From: Aplysia californica
Taxonomy: Eukaryota
Direction of reading: 5' to 3'
DNA: 64,000 nt
NCBI RefSeq assembly: GCF_000002075.1
Contig: NW_004797706.1
Span: 357,969-421,968 of the forward strand
Positions 61,501-64,000 of this stretch are shown one piece after another. Within the stretch, counting starts at the first letter, position 1. Every line of letters begins with the position of its first letter. A program made the position numbers and the translations under genes. The notes under the pieces were generated by a model, which saw only the letters and a list, made by a program, of their open reading frames with translations, did no database searches and was not told the DNA's origin.

Positions 61501-62443
61501 TCAGATCGTTCATCACCCGTGAAAGGTTCTGAACCCGAGCCAAAGGACACTTTTTCTGATGTCACAGAGTATTCTAAACACGAGGCGGAAGCGCCGAACT
61601 CAAAACCTATGTCAGGCTTCACAACGGCAGCAGGTAGACAAGTCCGAGTATCGGATGACGCGATGGCTCAAGCCAAGTCCCTCTGGACAAACGATCAACG
61701 AGCTCAAAGTGGTGGGGAGTGTGGTGAGATGCTTCAGGGGGAAGCCAACTTCTCCGGACCAGTCAGTGGTTTGAGATCTGCTTCTTCAAAAGGCGTGTTT
61801 GCTGGTTTTACTACGGCGGGCGGGGCTGCCATGAAGGTGTCGGAGAAAGGCTTACAACATGCCCGTTCTTTGTGGCATGAGGAGGGTGCTAGCTTTGAAC
61901 ATGAGGGAACCGCTGTTGGTGAACAAAGAACCGAAAGTTTGAAGCAGCCCACAGCTCATACCAATGATGGACAAGTTACTCAAAAGAAAAATGAAAAGCT
62001 GACAGGTACATCAAAGAAAAATGATAGTAAGACTTCTTATACCTCTCCAGCTGTCAGTCCATCTGGTTTTCAAACTGCAGGCGGGGCTAATGTTCCTGTA
62101 TCGGACAAATCTATGAAAGATGCTGAAAAATTATGGTTGGCAGAACAGAGTGATCACGACCTGGCTGATGTAGAAGAAGCCGCTTTATCTGGTCAACTTT
62201 GTGATCTGCTGGACGGTTCTGATGCCGATCGCACAGGGATGAATCGTGCTGCGCCTAACGCGAGAGCGGGGGAGCCTGCGGGGTTCTCAACTGGCAAGGG
62301 AAGGAGTGTGGTTCTGTCAAAGTCAGCGCTGAGAGCTGCCCAAAGTCTTCTGAGTTGTGAGCAAGAGGATGTTGGGCCAGGCTCATTGTTGGCTGTACCG
62401 CCGGACGACCGCCTCCAAGACGACAGAAGTGACTGCTCTACTG
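58511..62443 (+). CDS. BRCA2: BRCA2 BRC-repeat exon (~13 repeats)
   Basis: Repeated GFxTA(A/G)Gx.VxVS..A...AKSLW motifs; gtcctcag| acceptor and ACTG|gtgagt donor. Helical/OB-fold exons are not seen and presumably lie beyond the window. Confidence 0.92.
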
Positions 62444-63340
62444 GTGAGTTTTTTTGGTTTGTGTTAATGCTTCATCTTAATGAACCAGAAATTTCAGACC
62501 ATTGCAGCGGATGGTTGGCGGGTGCTCTGGTGTGGTTTGCTCCTTCTTTCCTATCAAACATCTATCATCTTTATCTCCCCTCCTTCTTTATTGTGTTTGT
62601 TACTCCCTTGTAACACCTCTAATCTTCGGCACTTATATGACCTTGTCCTTATTGTGTAGCAAGTGCCGTAAAACTCATACTAAAGCTACAGACTGTCGCA
62701 GTAAGACTTTCACCAATGTCTAAATTGTGGAAGATGTTGTGGTTCAAAAACAGACCTTGTGGCCCATGAACTTTTTCCCAGTCGTCGTCATCGATACTGA
62801 TGGACAGCCGAAGACGAAGAGAAGATAATGAATCCTGTTAAGCATATTTTTATTATGGGCTTTATATTGCTTCAGTCTTGCCTGGATTTGTTTGGCTTTG
62901 ATCGATGCTAAACGAGAAGAGTGTAGAGAAGTGGGGTCGGGCAGGGAAGAAATGGCAGTGTTTGACGAAGTCTTAAAATACTTTGCTGTCTGAACCAGTG
63001 AAAAATCTTTTCAAGTACTTGAATGTAGTCCGGTTTGTCCCACAGAGAGAATGTGATCATGAAAACTACTGGAGAACAGGCCGGACACTGATGGATTTTA
63101 TTTCTGCAGTGGTGTAAATATTTCACTGATGGATTTCTATCGTCCTCATCTCCCCTTCTTCTTTTTTATGTTTGTTACTCTCTTGTAACACCTCTAATCT
63201 TCTGGCGCTCATATGACCTTATGCAGTTGTGAGTGCCGTTAAACCTCTACTAAAACTATAAACCATAAACTAAACTGATGGATTTAGAAAAAAAACAACC
63301 CAAAGAACAAGAAACAAAATTTGTCGTTTCTTTAAACGAA

Positions 63341-63465
63341 GTGTATACAGACCCGGGAACCGGGAACCAAGTCACGAAGTATACAGACCCGGTAACCGGG
63401 AACCAAGTCACGAAGTATACAGACCCGGTAACCGGGAACCAAGTCACGAAGTATACAGACCCGGT
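63341..63465. repeat. ~3.5 x 36-bp tandem repeat at a MITE left end
   Basis: GTATACAGACCCGGTAACCGGGAACCAAGTCACGAA units. Confidence 0.9.
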
Positions 63466-63512
63466 AGGGGAACTCTTTTGTGATTTCGGAAAGTTTCAGC
63501 GCCCAGACCCGG

Positions 63513-63563
<51 letters not shown>

Positions 63564-64000
63564 GGAGGAGAGAAGTGCTAGCAAAATGTATGACATGCCC
63601 CAGTTGGTAGGAGGGAACGAGAGAAAGATAGAGTGGGAAATAGTTGGAGAGAAAGAAAGACGGAGACAAACAAAGAAAAAGAGAATTCGAGCGATACACA
63701 CACACACAGAGAGAGAGAGAAATAGAGAGGGTGACTGCTCGATTGAAATTATGACATTGTTCTTTTCTTCAAATTGTGTCTTGTGATTCCTCCAACTCTA
63801 AAACGGAGGAAAAACAATCGTTCATCGAAAAGACATCCGCAATCTTCATTTAGATCTAGGCTAGCCTCGAAACTAGATCAATGATTTATGTCTGTCTATC
63901 TAGATCTAGACCTGGGCCATAGATCTAGAAGAACCTAGATCTACCCTGAGCCAAGAGGCGCTGAAACTTTCCGAAATCACAAAAGAGTTCCCCTACCGGG
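63456..64000. mobile_element. MITE with perfect TIR of at least 44 bp, running to the window edge
   Basis: 63460-63503 is the exact reverse complement of 63957-64000. Confidence 0.85.

Overview
Eukaryotic, repeat-rich, gapped scaffold. The SINE/LINE families and the GRL101-type receptor suggest a mollusc, probably a gastropod (inference). Four intron-containing genes can be rebuilt by hand with phase-compatible splice sites. (1) The 5' part of an arylsulfatase B-like gene (minus, CTPTR motif). (2) A two-coding-exon GRL101/LGR-type GPCR (plus) with signal peptide, VWA-like, C-type lectin, LDLa, LRR and 7TM regions. (3) An RNF180-like RING E3 ligase (minus) whose last exon is present as four tandem, intact, diverged copies, each encoding a different C-terminal membrane anchor. 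(4) The 5' part of BRCA2 (plus, head-to-head with RNF180) with about 13 BRC repeats. Non-coding DNA holds RTE LINE fragments, CORE- and V/Meta-type tRNA SINEs, three short retroposon families sharing one covarying 3' stem-loop, several MITEs (some with tandemly amplified ends) and palindromic (AGATCT)n tracts. The most notable candidate system is the swappable tail-anchor exon cassette of the RNF180-like ligase.
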